From assembly GCF_006345805.1 (NCBI RefSeq), contig NW_021835499.1:1-38664 (forward strand): a stretch of DNA of 38,664 nt, read 5' to 3'. The notes beneath the pieces are model-generated. The model was given only the letters and a program-made list of their open reading frames with translations, ran no database searches and had not been told where the DNA came from. Source of the DNA: Octopus sinensis. Taxonomy: Eukaryota. Positions 1 through 10,016 of this stretch are shown here, piece after piece; the stretch's first letter is position 1, and each line of letters opens with the position of its first letter. The position numbers and the translations under genes are program-made.

Positions 1-7
1 CAAAACA
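1..7 (+). CDS. Possible 3' end of the preceding EPDR exon (window edge)
   Basis: ACA|GTGAGT donor-like site at 8-13. A phase-1 exit would join in frame to the phase-1 exon at 3586 (..QN-S-NAHL). Only 7 nt are visible. Confidence 0.3.
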
Positions 8-231
8 GTGAGTGGGAAGGTTTTTACTCATTATCATCAGCATCATAATCATCATCATTGTCGTCGTCATCATTTTTGCTTGCTTCTCAACATGATATGA
101 ATGGGATAAAGACTTCTTTATTCTACAGACAGACCCATACATGTGTGTGTGTGTGAGTGTGTGTGCACGTGCACGCGTGTGTATAAAAATTTAAGTTAGT
201 TAAAATATATTTGTGGTATATTTCAACTACA

Positions 232-445
232 AAAGGCAAGTTCATTGCAGCTATAAGCGAAAAATTACTTCTCTTATGGTAAAAAGGTGTGAAAACACCC
301 TACTTGTTCAGTGTTGCCCAGTTTGGCTTTTATCAATGAGAAGTACCTGAGGGAAGCAACTCTGAACAAATTTTATAAATCAATAGCTTTATGTAAAATA
401 CAGTCTACAACGTTGACTGGTTTGCACTGGTCAAGTGTTCGATTG
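232..445 (+). mobile_element. Degenerate Penelope-like GIY-YIG endonuclease C-terminal remnant
   Basis: Translation INEKYLREATLNKFYKSIALC resembles the recalled PLE C-terminal pattern (C..CL.EK..I...TLNK..E.I..C.H). Interrupted by stops and frameshifts. Confidence 0.35.
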
Positions 446-795
446 TGGGAAATAATGAAATATTGGCACCAAATATATATATATATATATAACTTATAAA
501 ATAAGGGCAAAAGAAAAATTCTAAAGCCAAATATGCCGAAAAAAGACAAAATTGTCAATAACCATTATAATTTATGCGTCTCAAAACAAACCGATAGAAA
601 TTTCTAAAAAATCCGTTATTACCGTATTGGTCCCAACTTCGGGGTTAATTCATAAGAATTTTCCCCTCCTCAGTGATAAATACGTAAGACATAAATGAAA
701 TACTTACTCATACCCATGAAAAAGCAAGCACTAAGTCCTGAGCAGACCTAAGTACCCCAAATATATCCAAAATAGAAAATATTTATATATATATA

Positions 796-836
<41 letters not shown>

Positions 837-1079
837 ACATATTATATAAATGGAGTTAAACACAGGTATTATTCAAATTCTTTTACTTCCAACACGTTTC
901 AAAGATATCACTGGTATTATTCCAAAGGAATAAAATAGTGTTAATTGTTAACAAGGGAAAAATACACACATCTATTTATATATATATATATATAGCATTT
1001 TTCAATTGGTCATGCTTAATCACATGATCTGTTTTATCATGTGACAGGAACATATTTAATAATTTTGATATATATTTAA

Positions 1080-1255
1080 AATAATATAAATTAATTAATC
1101 TTATGTATTGGCTTAAGTTTTTCATTGTTTGATTTGCCTAATAGTGGTTTCATCTCTAATTTAATATAATATAATATTTTACTATAAAATTGGATTCAAT
1201 CCTAAATCTTATTTTCCCCTGTAAGTTTGGATTTATTCCCTAATATTTTATTATA
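1080..1255. repeat. Partial copy (right arm plus tail) of an AT-rich fold-back repeat family embedded in (TA)n
   Basis: AATAGTGGTTTT..CTCTAAT and the tail ACTATAAAATTGGATT..CCCTGTAA.TTTGGATTTATTCCCTAATATTT are shared with the copies at 21282 and 34043. Confidence 0.6.
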
Positions 1256-1359
1256 TATATATATATTATATATATATATATATATTGAAAGAGGAGATTT
1301 CAATGCATTTTTCTATTTGAATTTTATGTGGATTGTTTACTGGATTGTTTAATGAAGAG

Positions 1360-1602
1360 GATTATCCTGCAAGAACCTTGTGCCAGTGCCATGTAAAAAG
1401 CACTTGTGCCACCACTGCATGAAACTGTTTGTTCCTGTGCTATGTTAAAAGCACCCAACACACTCTGTAAAGTGGTTGGCATGATAAAGGGCATCATGTT
1501 GCAGAAGACAAGCCAAAACAGACATGGAACCTGGTGTTACACTCTGGTTTGCCAGCTGTGGTCAAAGTGTCCAACCCATGCCCGTTTGGAAAAATAGACA
1601 TT
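1360..1602 (+). mobile_element. RTE-LINE 3' UTR/tail fragment
   Basis: Similar to the 3' end of the LINE at 15476-18938 (GTAAAAAGCAC..GTGGTTGGC..CCAACCCATGC). Confidence 0.65.
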
Positions 1603-1603
1603 A

Positions 1604-1746
1604 GGTGTAGGAGTGGCTTACCAACCACATGGTTCTGGGTTCAGTCCCACTGCATGGCACCTTGGGCAAGTGTCTTCTACTATAGCCTCGGGCCGACCAA
1701 AGCCTTGTGAGTGGATTTAGTAGACGGAAACTGAAAGAAGCCCATC

Positions 1747-1823
<77 letters not shown>

Positions 1824-2025
1824 TGTGTGTTTGTCTCCCCACATCGCTTGACAACCGATGCTGGTGTGTTTACGTCACCGTAACTTAGCGGTTTGGCAAA
1901 AGAGACCGATAGAATAAGTACTGGGCTTTCAAAGAATAAGTCCTGGGGTCGATTTGCTCAACTAAAATGTGGTGCTCCAGCATGGCCACAGTCAAATGAC
2001 TGAAACAAGTAAAAGAGTGAAAGAG
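1604..2025 (+). mobile_element. tRNA-derived SINE, family 1, with internal (TG)n
   Basis: Head with GGTTCAGTCCCAC B-box-like motif and conserved 3' end CAGTCAAATGACTGAAACAAGTAAAAGAG; many homologous copies in the window. Confidence 0.85.
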
Positions 2026-2361
2026 ATATGTATATGTGTGTTTGTATATGTGTGTGATTGCAATGGAGGTGATAATAATATCGGTGACTGCGGTGTCGGT
2101 GCTGGTGGCAGACAACATGTGATGTGAGACAGAACTATACTAAATAAAATTCTACAACGTATCGACCTTCTACTTGCAGGGAATCATGTACATAATGACT
2201 GCCGGAACCTGCAAAAAGAGCAAATTGGACATATCATGGCTTCAGGGCACCGAACTTCCCCATTGCATACCAAGTGAGTGACCAAAGAAGGGTTTTTAAT
2301 GTTTCTTGTTTGTTATTTTCTTTCATATTTATGTTTCTTGTTTACATTCTAAGAAATTCAG

Positions 2362-2875
2362 TAGGGGTGGGTGAGAGTGGATTTGGTAGACGGAAACTGA
2401 AAGAATCCCATCGTATATATATATATGTATATATATATGCATGTGTGTGTTTGTGTGTCTGTGTTTGTCTCCCTAGCTGGTGTGTTTATGTCCCCGTTAC
2501 TTAGCGGTTTGGCAAAAGAGACTGATAGAATAAGTACTCGGCTTACAAAAGAATAAGTCCTGGGGTCGAGTTGCTCGATTAAAGGCGGTGCTCCAGCATG
2601 GCCGCAGTCAAATGACTGAAACAAGTAAAAGAGTAAAAGAGTATATGTATGTGTGTGTATGTTTGTGTGTCTGTGTTTGTCCCCCTAGCATTGCTTGACA
2701 ACCGATGCTGGTGTGTTTATGTCCCCATCACTTAGCAGTTCGGCAAAAAAGACCGAGAGAATAAGTTCTGGGCTTACAAAGAATAAGTCCCGGGGTTGAG
2801 TTGCTCGATTAAAGGCAGTGCTCCAGCATGGCCGCAGTCAAAATGACTGAAACAAGTAAAAAGAGAAAAAAGAGA
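2362..2875 (+). mobile_element. Two tandem 5'-truncated family-1 SINE copies
   Basis: Two successive family-1 3' halves, each ending in GACTGAAACAAGTAAAA. Confidence 0.8.
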
Positions 2876-3103
2876 TATGTATATATATATATATAATAAC
2901 AATTAAGGGTTTAGCAACAAGTTGCTTCACCACATACCGAAATTTAGAAATAGCAGCCAAACGATAACAATATTTGTAACTCACATAGGTAAAAAGAAGA
3001 AAAATAATGAAATCAAATTCTTCAATTAATTATGGATGCATTTCTGGATTAGAATTATAAAGATTCATTCTAAATTTCTAAATTTTCGGTATGTATGTAT
3101 GTA

Positions 3104-3491
3104 TCTCTCTCTATATAAAGCTAAAGTTGTCTATGTATGGCAGATTTGGTAGCCTTCAACTAACACTATCTCCTCCGAGACCCTGCGATGCAAGTTGACC
3201 AAAATTGAGAGTATGATAGAAGAAGGCTTGCTCTTCCTTCCGTAAAAGAAAAAGTTCAAATCATGTTAACACCAAAAATTATTTACATCAAAAAGTTGGG
3301 CTTTTTTTCTATGAAAACCCCTATTTTTTACGATTTTTTGACTGCTGTGTCGCCATTTTTCAGTGTATTTCAACCAGAAAAATGTTCACTTAAAGGGAAT
3401 AACATGCTACATAATGCAAAATTTTTACTTTTCAAAATTCCAATTGTAAAGGGTCGAAACAAACCCGAGCAACGCTGGGCGATACTGCTAG
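3104..3491 (+). mobile_element. Non-autonomous Helitron
   Basis: 5' TC, 3' CTAG, inserted between A(3103) and T(3492). Subterminal hairpin CCCGAGC-AAC-GCTGGG at 3464-3479. No TSD. Confidence 0.85.
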
Positions 3492-3585
3492 TGTATGTAT
3501 AAAACTGTGTTACATAGATATTTTATGTATAGAAGTGACAGCCATGGTGTTGACTGATAAAATTCTTTGTGTGTTATTTTGAAAG

Positions 3586-3762
3586 GCAATGCCCACCTAG
3601 ACAGGGAGATATACCTCGGAGGACCCCATGAAGATATTGAAGTAATGACCTACACCCATGCAGTTAAACATGGAGTTCGACATCTGACTGTCTCCGCACA
3701 TCACTGCTACCCTATCCAGGAGGTCTTCTATTTTAGAGATTCATCCGTCTCAGATAAATCCA
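3586..3762 (+). CDS. Ependymin-related protein (EPDR family), internal exon, phase 1-1
   Basis: TTTTGAAAG|GC acceptor and CCA|GTAAGT donor, 177 nt open. NAHLDREIYLGGPHEDIEVMTY..SAHHCYPIQEVF aligns by eye with recalled EPDR1 NSTFEDQYSIGGPQEQITVQEW..TVKDCYPVQETF. Confidence 0.88.
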
Positions 3763-3905
3763 GTAAGTTCATGGATCTTTGATCTTTTTCTTGGTTTTCT
3801 TTGTTCCATAATCTGTATTTTGTATTGCATGTGAATATATGCTTTAACTTTCCTTGTATTTTTCTGCTTTTCAGTTCAACAAGAACCACTCTAATAAATA
3901 GCTTT

Positions 3906-4372
3906 TGTAACGAAGGATCTGTTATCGATTCACTGAAAGGGTGTCGATATCCGATCTAGTCACATACAATTTTATAAGACAATACAGACGAAGTCAGGTT
4001 GTAGGTAAAAAGACAGCAGTTCGTGTATTTATTGCGATGTCGTACGTGTGTCTGATGGGAGAAGGACAACCTCTGATGTGCGGCTTCTTGTTAGTTTGTT
4101 GAAGTTTGTTGGTGGTCGTTGGCGGCTATGTCGGTGAGGTTGTCAGAGCCTGTTGAATGTACGTCCGATCGTGATGAGCTGACTTGCCGGAGAGAAAGAT
4201 TTGAGCTTGGCGGTCTTGAGGGAACGTTTCCCGCACATGCGCATGGGGAAGACTTCCGGTGGCCACCCGGAAGTAGTCCCATTCTGCGCATGCGTGCTGA
4301 ACCCTACACAGTAGCATCACTACAAGGCTCCCCTTCGAGTGCGAAGTACGACAACAAGAAAATTTGTGGTGG
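3906..4372 (-). mobile_element. 3' LTR (419 bp) of a Gypsy-type LTR retrotransposon with adjacent polypurine tract
   Basis: TGTA...TACA termini at 3906/4324. On the minus strand there is an AATAAA near 4027-4032 and a PPT-like GAAGGGGAG just before the LTR start. No TSD, consistent with a truncated 3' end. Confidence 0.62.
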
Positions 4373-4664
4373 TGCTGCAGAAAACAGAAGGCTTGCTGAT
4401 CCCCCAGAAGACTTGGTACATAATATCATACAACAAGAAAAATTTGAAAGAAAGTTAAATGTAGATTGTCTTTGAAAGTTTCTTGGGCCAATACACTGTT
4501 CTGCCTGATTTTGTAACATACGGTGTGCTCGGGGCAGAACAGTGTATTGGCCCAAGAAACTTTCAAGACAATCTACATTTAACTTTCTTTCAAATTTTTC
4601 TTGTTGTATGATATTATGTACCAAGTCTTCTGGGGGATCGGCAAGCCTTCTGTTTTCTGCAGCA
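4373..4664. repeat. Near-perfect inverted repeat (133/132-bp arms, 27-nt loop)
   Basis: 4373-4505 is the reverse complement of 4533-4664 with one mismatch and one 1-nt indel. Confidence 0.95.
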
Positions 4665-4724
4665 GTGGATGATCAGAATGGAGTTAAAGTTAACAACCAT
4701 ACAATTACTACACTGTTTACAATG

Positions 4725-5898
4725 CGCTTCCATCTATCTGGTAGACTTGCAAGGCCCCTCTTCCAAAACTCACTTGTCCATGATGAAAAATGCTCCTCTA
4801 GTACTGTTCTCACCTCATCTACAGAATTCATATTTTTTCTGTCCAAATGATTTTGAAGACTGCAGAATAAATGATAATCAGATGGGACAATGTCCAGAAA
4901 ATATGGTGGGTGGGGTATCGTTTCCCATTCAAATTGCTCCAGCCTTTCGAATGTCATCCTCACTGTATGTGGCCAAGCATCATCCAACATAGAAAACACC
5001 TTTCGTCTTGAAACCAAAGATGGTCATTTTTCTTCTAGCGCTGACTTAAGCCACTCAAGCTGTTCACAGCAGATCTCCTTTGTTATCATTTGGTTTGGAT
5101 TTAAAAGTTCAAAGTGGCGTAAAACTTTCCTATCCCACCAAACAGATAACACCTTATATGGGTGGAGACCTTCTGTAGCCTGGGGTGCCAGTGTTTCTTC
5201 TTTCCTTACCCACTGTCTTCAGCGCTTGACATTTTTATAGAGAACCCATTTCTCATCACCAGTTACTATTCAGTCCAAAAAAGGTTCATTTGTGAGACGT
5301 GACAGAAAATAAGAGCACATATTCGCTCTTTGCACACAATTAGCCTCAGAAAGTTTATGAGGCACCTATTGACCCAATTTGCTGATTTTTCTGATGGCAC
5401 ACAAATGTCAAGGAATGATTGAACGACCAAATCTAAGCTTTTCTGCTAGTTCCACAACAATTACGATGTGAATTTGTTCCACCAGGGTTTGCAGAACATT
5501 CTCATCAAGCTCTACAGATCTTCCAGGATGAAACTCATTTTCTTGGCTGTAGTTTCGGGCTCAGAATTTCTGGAACCACTGTTGACACTGGCTTATGCTT
5601 ATCATCCAATCCCCTTATACTGCATTAGTATTCCTCACATTTTCCATTGTGTTGTTGCCTTTATTGAACTCATAATGCAAAATATGCCAAATATGCTCCT
5701 TTGTCACTTCCATTATAGCTTTGAAAAAATAACTGTTAAAATCAAACTGCACTCTTCAAAACTTGAACTAAGGATAAGTACAAGGTAAAATTACTACCTG
5801 CTTTTATAGCAAGTTGATGCAGGTAGTTTATCCCATCCCCCTCTGATTTTTAGTTCATGCAATTGAAAAAACCGCATTATTTATGGAATGACCCAATA
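4725..5898 (-). mobile_element. Defective mariner (DD34D) transposon, 3' end truncated
   Basis: KLGQ*VPHKL (WVPHEL motif with a stop), SVWWD, HPPYFLDIVPSDYHLF (YSPDLAPSDY motif), LPDRW. One TIR (TTGGGTCATTCCATAAATAATGCGG) followed by TA at 5897-5898. Confidence 0.9.
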
Positions 5899-5899
5899 C

Positions 5900-6370
5900 A
5901 TGTGGCTATGTGGTAAAAAGCTTGCTTCCCAACCACATGGTTCTGGGTTCAGTCCTACTGCATGGCACCTTGGAAGGTGTCGTCTACTATAACCTCAGGC
6001 CAACCAAATCCTTCTGAGTAGACATGGTAGATGGAAACTGAAAGAAACCTGTTTTGTGTATGTGTGTGTATATATATATATGTTGTGTGTGTTTGTGTGT
6101 GTATGCATGTATGTATGTATGTATGTATGTATGTATGTATGTGTGTGTGTATGTGTGTGTGTATGTATGTATGTGTGTTTGTTTTTGTTTGTCCCCCACT
6201 CCCACCCCATCACTTGACAACCGATGTTGGTGTGTTGACATCCCCATAACTAAACAAGTTTGGCAGAAGTGACCGATAGAATAAGTCCAGGGGTCGATTT
6301 CTTCGGCGAAAAGGCAGTGCTCCAGCATGGCCACAGTCAAATGACTGAAACAAGTAAGAGAATAAAAGAA
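5900..6370 (+). mobile_element. tRNA-derived SINE, family 1
   Basis: Near full-length match to 1604-2025 with an internal (TGTA)n/(TG)n tract. Confidence 0.85.
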
Positions 6371-6490
6371 AGAACAACCAGGCAAAATATGTGGGCATCA
6401 CTTAAAAACATGGAATTTACGATTCAAATATAATAAGGATTTTGAAGTAAAAGGGGTCACACAAATGAAGAACTAAGAAGTTGTGTATAT

Positions 6491-6803
6491 ATACACACAC
6501 ACACACACGCACATACACATACACACACTCACACACACACACGCACATACACACACACATGCACATACACACTCTCACTCACACTCACACACTCACACTC
6601 ACACACACACTCACACACACATGCGCACACACATACACACACACACGCACACACGCACACACACACTCACACACACTCACACTCACACACACACGCGCGC
6701 TCACACACACATGCGCACACACATACACACACTCACACACACACACACACTCATACACACACGCACACGCGCACACACACGCACATACACACACACACTC
6801 ATC

Positions 6804-6834
<31 letters not shown>

Positions 6835-6938
6835 TCACACACTCACACACACTCACACACACTGCGTTCACACACACACACACATTCACACACACACACA
6901 CGCACATGCGCACACACATGCACACACACACACACATA
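6491..6938 (+). repeat. Compound CA-rich microsatellite (~450 bp)
   Basis: Interrupted (CA)n/(CACT)/(CACG) tract; explains the His/Thr-rich pseudo-ORFs. Confidence 0.95.
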
Positions 6939-6960
6939 TAATTATATTATAGAAGAATTT

Positions 6961-7105
6961 CTAATCATTTTCTGTACTCCTTTCTTTTTCTAATCATTTT
7001 CTGTACTCCTTTCTTTTTCTAATCATTTTCTGTACTCCTTTCTTTTTCTAATCATTTTCTGTACTCCTTTCTTTTTCTAATCATTTTCTGTACTCCTTTC
7101 TTTTT
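6961..7105 (+). repeat. Five exact copies of a 29-bp unit forming the branch-point/polypyrimidine region
   Basis: CTAATCATTTTCTGTACTCCTTTCTTTTT starts at 6961, 6990, 7019, 7048 and 7077, followed by TCCAG|exon. Confidence 0.95.
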
Positions 7106-7110
7106 TCCAG

Positions 7111-7211
7111 CTGGAAACGGCACCATCGCCCAAGTGAAAAACCTCAAGCTGTCTGTTGATGATCCCTCCGTCTTTGAGATCCCAGACATATGCCACAAGG
7201 CACCAATATCT
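7111..7211 (+). CDS. EPDR exon with the family C-terminal motif
   Basis: TTTTTTCCAG acceptor, TCT|GTAAGG donor, phase-compatible with 3762. (T)GNGTIAQVKNLKLSVDDPSVFEIPDICHKAPIS matches the ependymin motif (N/D)I.LGI.DPSVF.PP..C; NGT sequon. Confidence 0.9.
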
Positions 7212-7523
7212 GTAAGGAAATTTTTACTATTTATTGGACATGACATGACGTGGGGGGGGGGGGAGTAATTATGACAAGGATGGATGTAAATGATGGTTTT
7301 GGCAGCAGTGGTGGTGGTAACCATGACGGGTAGTAGCACCAGTTGTAGATCAGACAACCTCATTTAATGATTGTAAGTTCGTCAAATGAGACTATTTAGC
7401 TGTTTCAGTTAGCAAGTCAAGTAACTACACAGAAGCTCTAATGTTATCATTATTGAGCAAGAGAGCAGTGCATTCCATCAAAGTGATACAGGGGTAAAAT
7501 ATACAAAACCCAGTATACCCATC

Positions 7524-8390
7524 ATGACCTCCTGTCTGATAAGGGTACACCAGGCACATGCATCACAACCATATGTGTGCAACATGGTGATCTCATATCA
7601 AGTGCATGATCTTGCAGGTGAACCCCAGTTAGAAGTTTTTTGTGTTCAAGCAGCCTATCTCATGCAAAAGGTCCTTGAATAAGGGTTGTTTAGGGATGAT
7701 GAACGAAACACCCACATTTCCAGAGGTGAATTATTCAAACCCCAAAGAATTCCTCTCAACACATCGCTATGATGTTCCTCCACTACTTCTGCTCATGGTC
7801 AGAGATGCACATATCATCAGCCACGAAGGGGCATGATCAACTGGTTACGGTCTAACAACTGACAAGCAAATCTGAGCAGAATATTTGCTGTAGCTCATCT
7901 TTTGTACCCGTCTGATAAGGGTACTACCAGGCACATGCATCACAACCATATGTGTGCGACATGGTGATCTCACATCAAGACAAACAGCACATGACCTTGC
8001 AGGTGGGGCCCAGTTAGAAGTTTTTTCAGGTTGAGTAAACCATCCTGCTCAAAAGGTCCTGGAAAAAGCACTGTTTAAGGATGTTGAACAAAACATCCAT
8101 GTTTCAAGAGGTGAATTATCCAAACCTCCAAGAATCCCTCTCAACACATGGCTATGATGCTCCCCCACTACTTCTGCTCGTGATCAGAGATGCACATATC
8201 ATCAGCCACCAAGAGACATGCTCAACTGGTTAAGGTCAAACAACTGACAAGCAAATCTGTGGTATTGAGCAGAATATTTGCTGTAGCCCATCTTTTATAC
8301 CAAGACAAAACAATGTACATGATAACACTTCCAATCAGTTAGGATCAGAAGCCATGAGAGCCACTGCCTGGTACTGCATCAGGGCATTTA
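7524..8390. repeat. Tandemly duplicated ~390-bp dispersed repeat (two diverged copies; third fragment at 8625-8730), unclassified
   Basis: TCTGATAAGGGTAC..CATCTTTT occurs at ~7534-7905 and ~7910-8300. Confidence 0.75.
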
Positions 8391-8445
8391 TTATTATTAT
8401 TATTATTATTATCATTATTACTACTATTATCATCATCATCATCAT

Positions 8446-8625
8446 GAAGGCAGCAAGCTGGCAGAATCTTTAGCAAACCAGACAAAATGCTTAATGGCAT
8501 TTTGCATGTCTTTATGTTCTGAGCTCAAATTCTGCCTTTTGGGGTCAATAAATTAAGTACCAGTGAAACACTGGGGTCGATGTAATTGGCAAGTCCCCTC
8601 CCACCAAATTTCAGGCCTTGCACCT
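8446..8625 (+). mobile_element. tRNA-derived SINE, family 2 (degenerate)
   Basis: AGCTGGCAGAATC..TTAGC A-box-like and GAGCTCAAATTC B-box-like motifs; similar to 23831-24060. Confidence 0.7.
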
Positions 8626-8754
8626 TTAAGGATGATGAACACAATACCCATGTTTCCAGAGGTGAATTATTCAAACCCCAAAGAATTCCTCTCAATACAC
8701 AGCTATGATGTTCCCCCACTACTTCTGCTCCCATCCTAGACCCTTTTATCTTTA

Positions 8755-9128
8755 ATCTTTTATCTTTTACTTGTTTCATTTGTTTGAGTGGGGCCATGGT
8801 GGGGCCCCGCTTTGAGGAATTTCACTTGAACAAATCGACCCCTGGACTTATAACTTCTTTTCTAAAACCAGGTACTTATTTTATTAGTCTATTGGCTGAA
8901 CCACTAAGTTATAGGGACATAAACACACCAACACCAGTTACCAAGTGGTGGCGCAACACAAACACACACAAGACAGGTTTCTTTTAGTTTCCATCCTCCA
9001 GATCCACTCACAAGGCTTTGTTCAACCTGAAGCTTTAGAAGAAGACACTTGCCCAAGGTGCTGGCAGTGGGACTGAACCCAGAACAATGTTGTTGGGAAG
9101 CAAACTTCTTACTACACAGCCACGCCTA
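8755..9128 (-). mobile_element. tRNA-derived SINE, family 1, antisense in the EPDR intron
   Basis: Reverse complement of family 1 (TTTTACTTGTTTCA..GGGACTGAACCC..CACAGCCAC). Confidence 0.8.
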
Positions 9129-9178
9129 TGTCCATGCAACAAGAAATAAATAGTCTAACTCCCACCTCACCTCCCATC

Positions 9179-9250
9179 CACCCATCCAGCACCCTCACTC
9201 CCCACCCACATAGCACCCTCACTCCCCACCCACACAGCACCCTCACTCAC
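9179..9250 (+). repeat. Three copies of a 24-bp unit just upstream of the last EPDR acceptor
   Basis: CACCCA(TC/CAT/CAC)AGCACCCTCACTC(CC/AC)-type unit at 9179, 9203 and 9227; each contains CTCAC. Confidence 0.9.
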
Positions 9251-9274
9251 TTTCTTGTTTTCTTCCTTTTGCAG

Positions 9275-9340
9275 CCAGCACCTGAAATGCCCTTAACTCT
9301 GGGTCTTCTCCCAAATTTTGCCAAACATTTTGACTACTAG
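9275..9340 (+). CDS. Probable terminal EPDR exon (PAPEMPLTLGLLPNFAKHFDY*)
   Basis: Strong acceptor TTTCTTGTTTTCTTCCTTTTGCAG, phase 0 matching the donor at 7211; TAG at 9338-9340; AATAAA downstream. Confidence 0.75.
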   Translation, partial: PAPEMPLTLGLLPNFAKHFDY

Positions 9341-9433
9341 AATGGAAGCCTGGCTGACCACCACAGAAGAGTGGACAAGAGAAGAAAGAAGAAAAAAAGA
9401 AAGAAGGAAAGAAAGAAGAAAAGGAAGTCTTCA

Positions 9434-9439
9434 AATAAA
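9434..9439 (+). terminator. Polyadenylation signal of the EPDR gene
   Basis: AATAAA ~95 nt after the stop codon, following a purine-rich 3' UTR. Confidence 0.6.
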
Positions 9440-9599
9440 ACATTTGTGAAATATTACTGCCATGTTAGTTGTTGTTGTTTAACCCCAAGTCAGCCCTGAT
9501 CCAGCATAGCGATGATCAAATACATCCCAGCAGTGACCATCCCACCTTTTCTTCAAATATAGTGTATCTAGGACTACATTACCCAATGTATGGTATCTC

Positions 9600-9997
9600 T
9601 CTCTAACCGCTCAGTCGAAGTCGACTCTCGGTCACTCGTTGGATCAGTGTCCTCCAGTCAGTTCTATCCTGGGCCGCTTCTTTCAGACTGGCCATGTCCA
9701 TTCCGGTATCACTCTTGATGGTGTCAAGCCAGCGGGTTCTTGGTCGGCCTCTTCCTCTCTTGCCACTGACCATTCCGAGCATGATGTCCTTCTCCAGAGA
9801 TTCTCTCCACATAATATGACTGAAATATGCCAATCTATGCTTGGTGATCCTTGCTTCTAGCGACATTTTCGGCCTTATCTGCTTAAGAACTTCTCCATTG
9901 GTCAGCCTCGCTGTCCATGGAATCCGTAAAAGTCTTCTCCAACACCAAAGCTCGAATGCATTAATTCTCTTCTGGTCAGCTTTCTTTAGTGTCCAGG
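9600..9997 (-). mobile_element. 3' fragment of an RTE/BovB-like LINE
   Basis: WTLKKADQKRINAFELWCWRRLLRIPWT..LEARITKHRLAYFSHIM..GKRGRGRPRTRWLD, the typical RTE-BovB C-terminus; ORF tail intact. Confidence 0.85.
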
Positions 9998-10016
9998 TAT
10001 AGTAGATTGTATTGGT

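Noticed and set aside
1016-1045. Hairpin TCACATGAT..ATCATGTGA as a hammerhead stem II
   Set aside because: No CUGANGA or GAAA core flanks it on either strand.
4091-4850. Overlapping ORFs 4119-4475, 4304-4624 and 4542-4850
   Set aside because: They fall in LTR sequence and the mirror-image hairpin; no recognisable protein motifs or splice support.
5987-6993. His/Thr- and Cys/Val-rich ORFs (e.g. 6481-6993, 6483-6941, 6031-6272)
   Set aside because: They are translations of CA/TG microsatellites.
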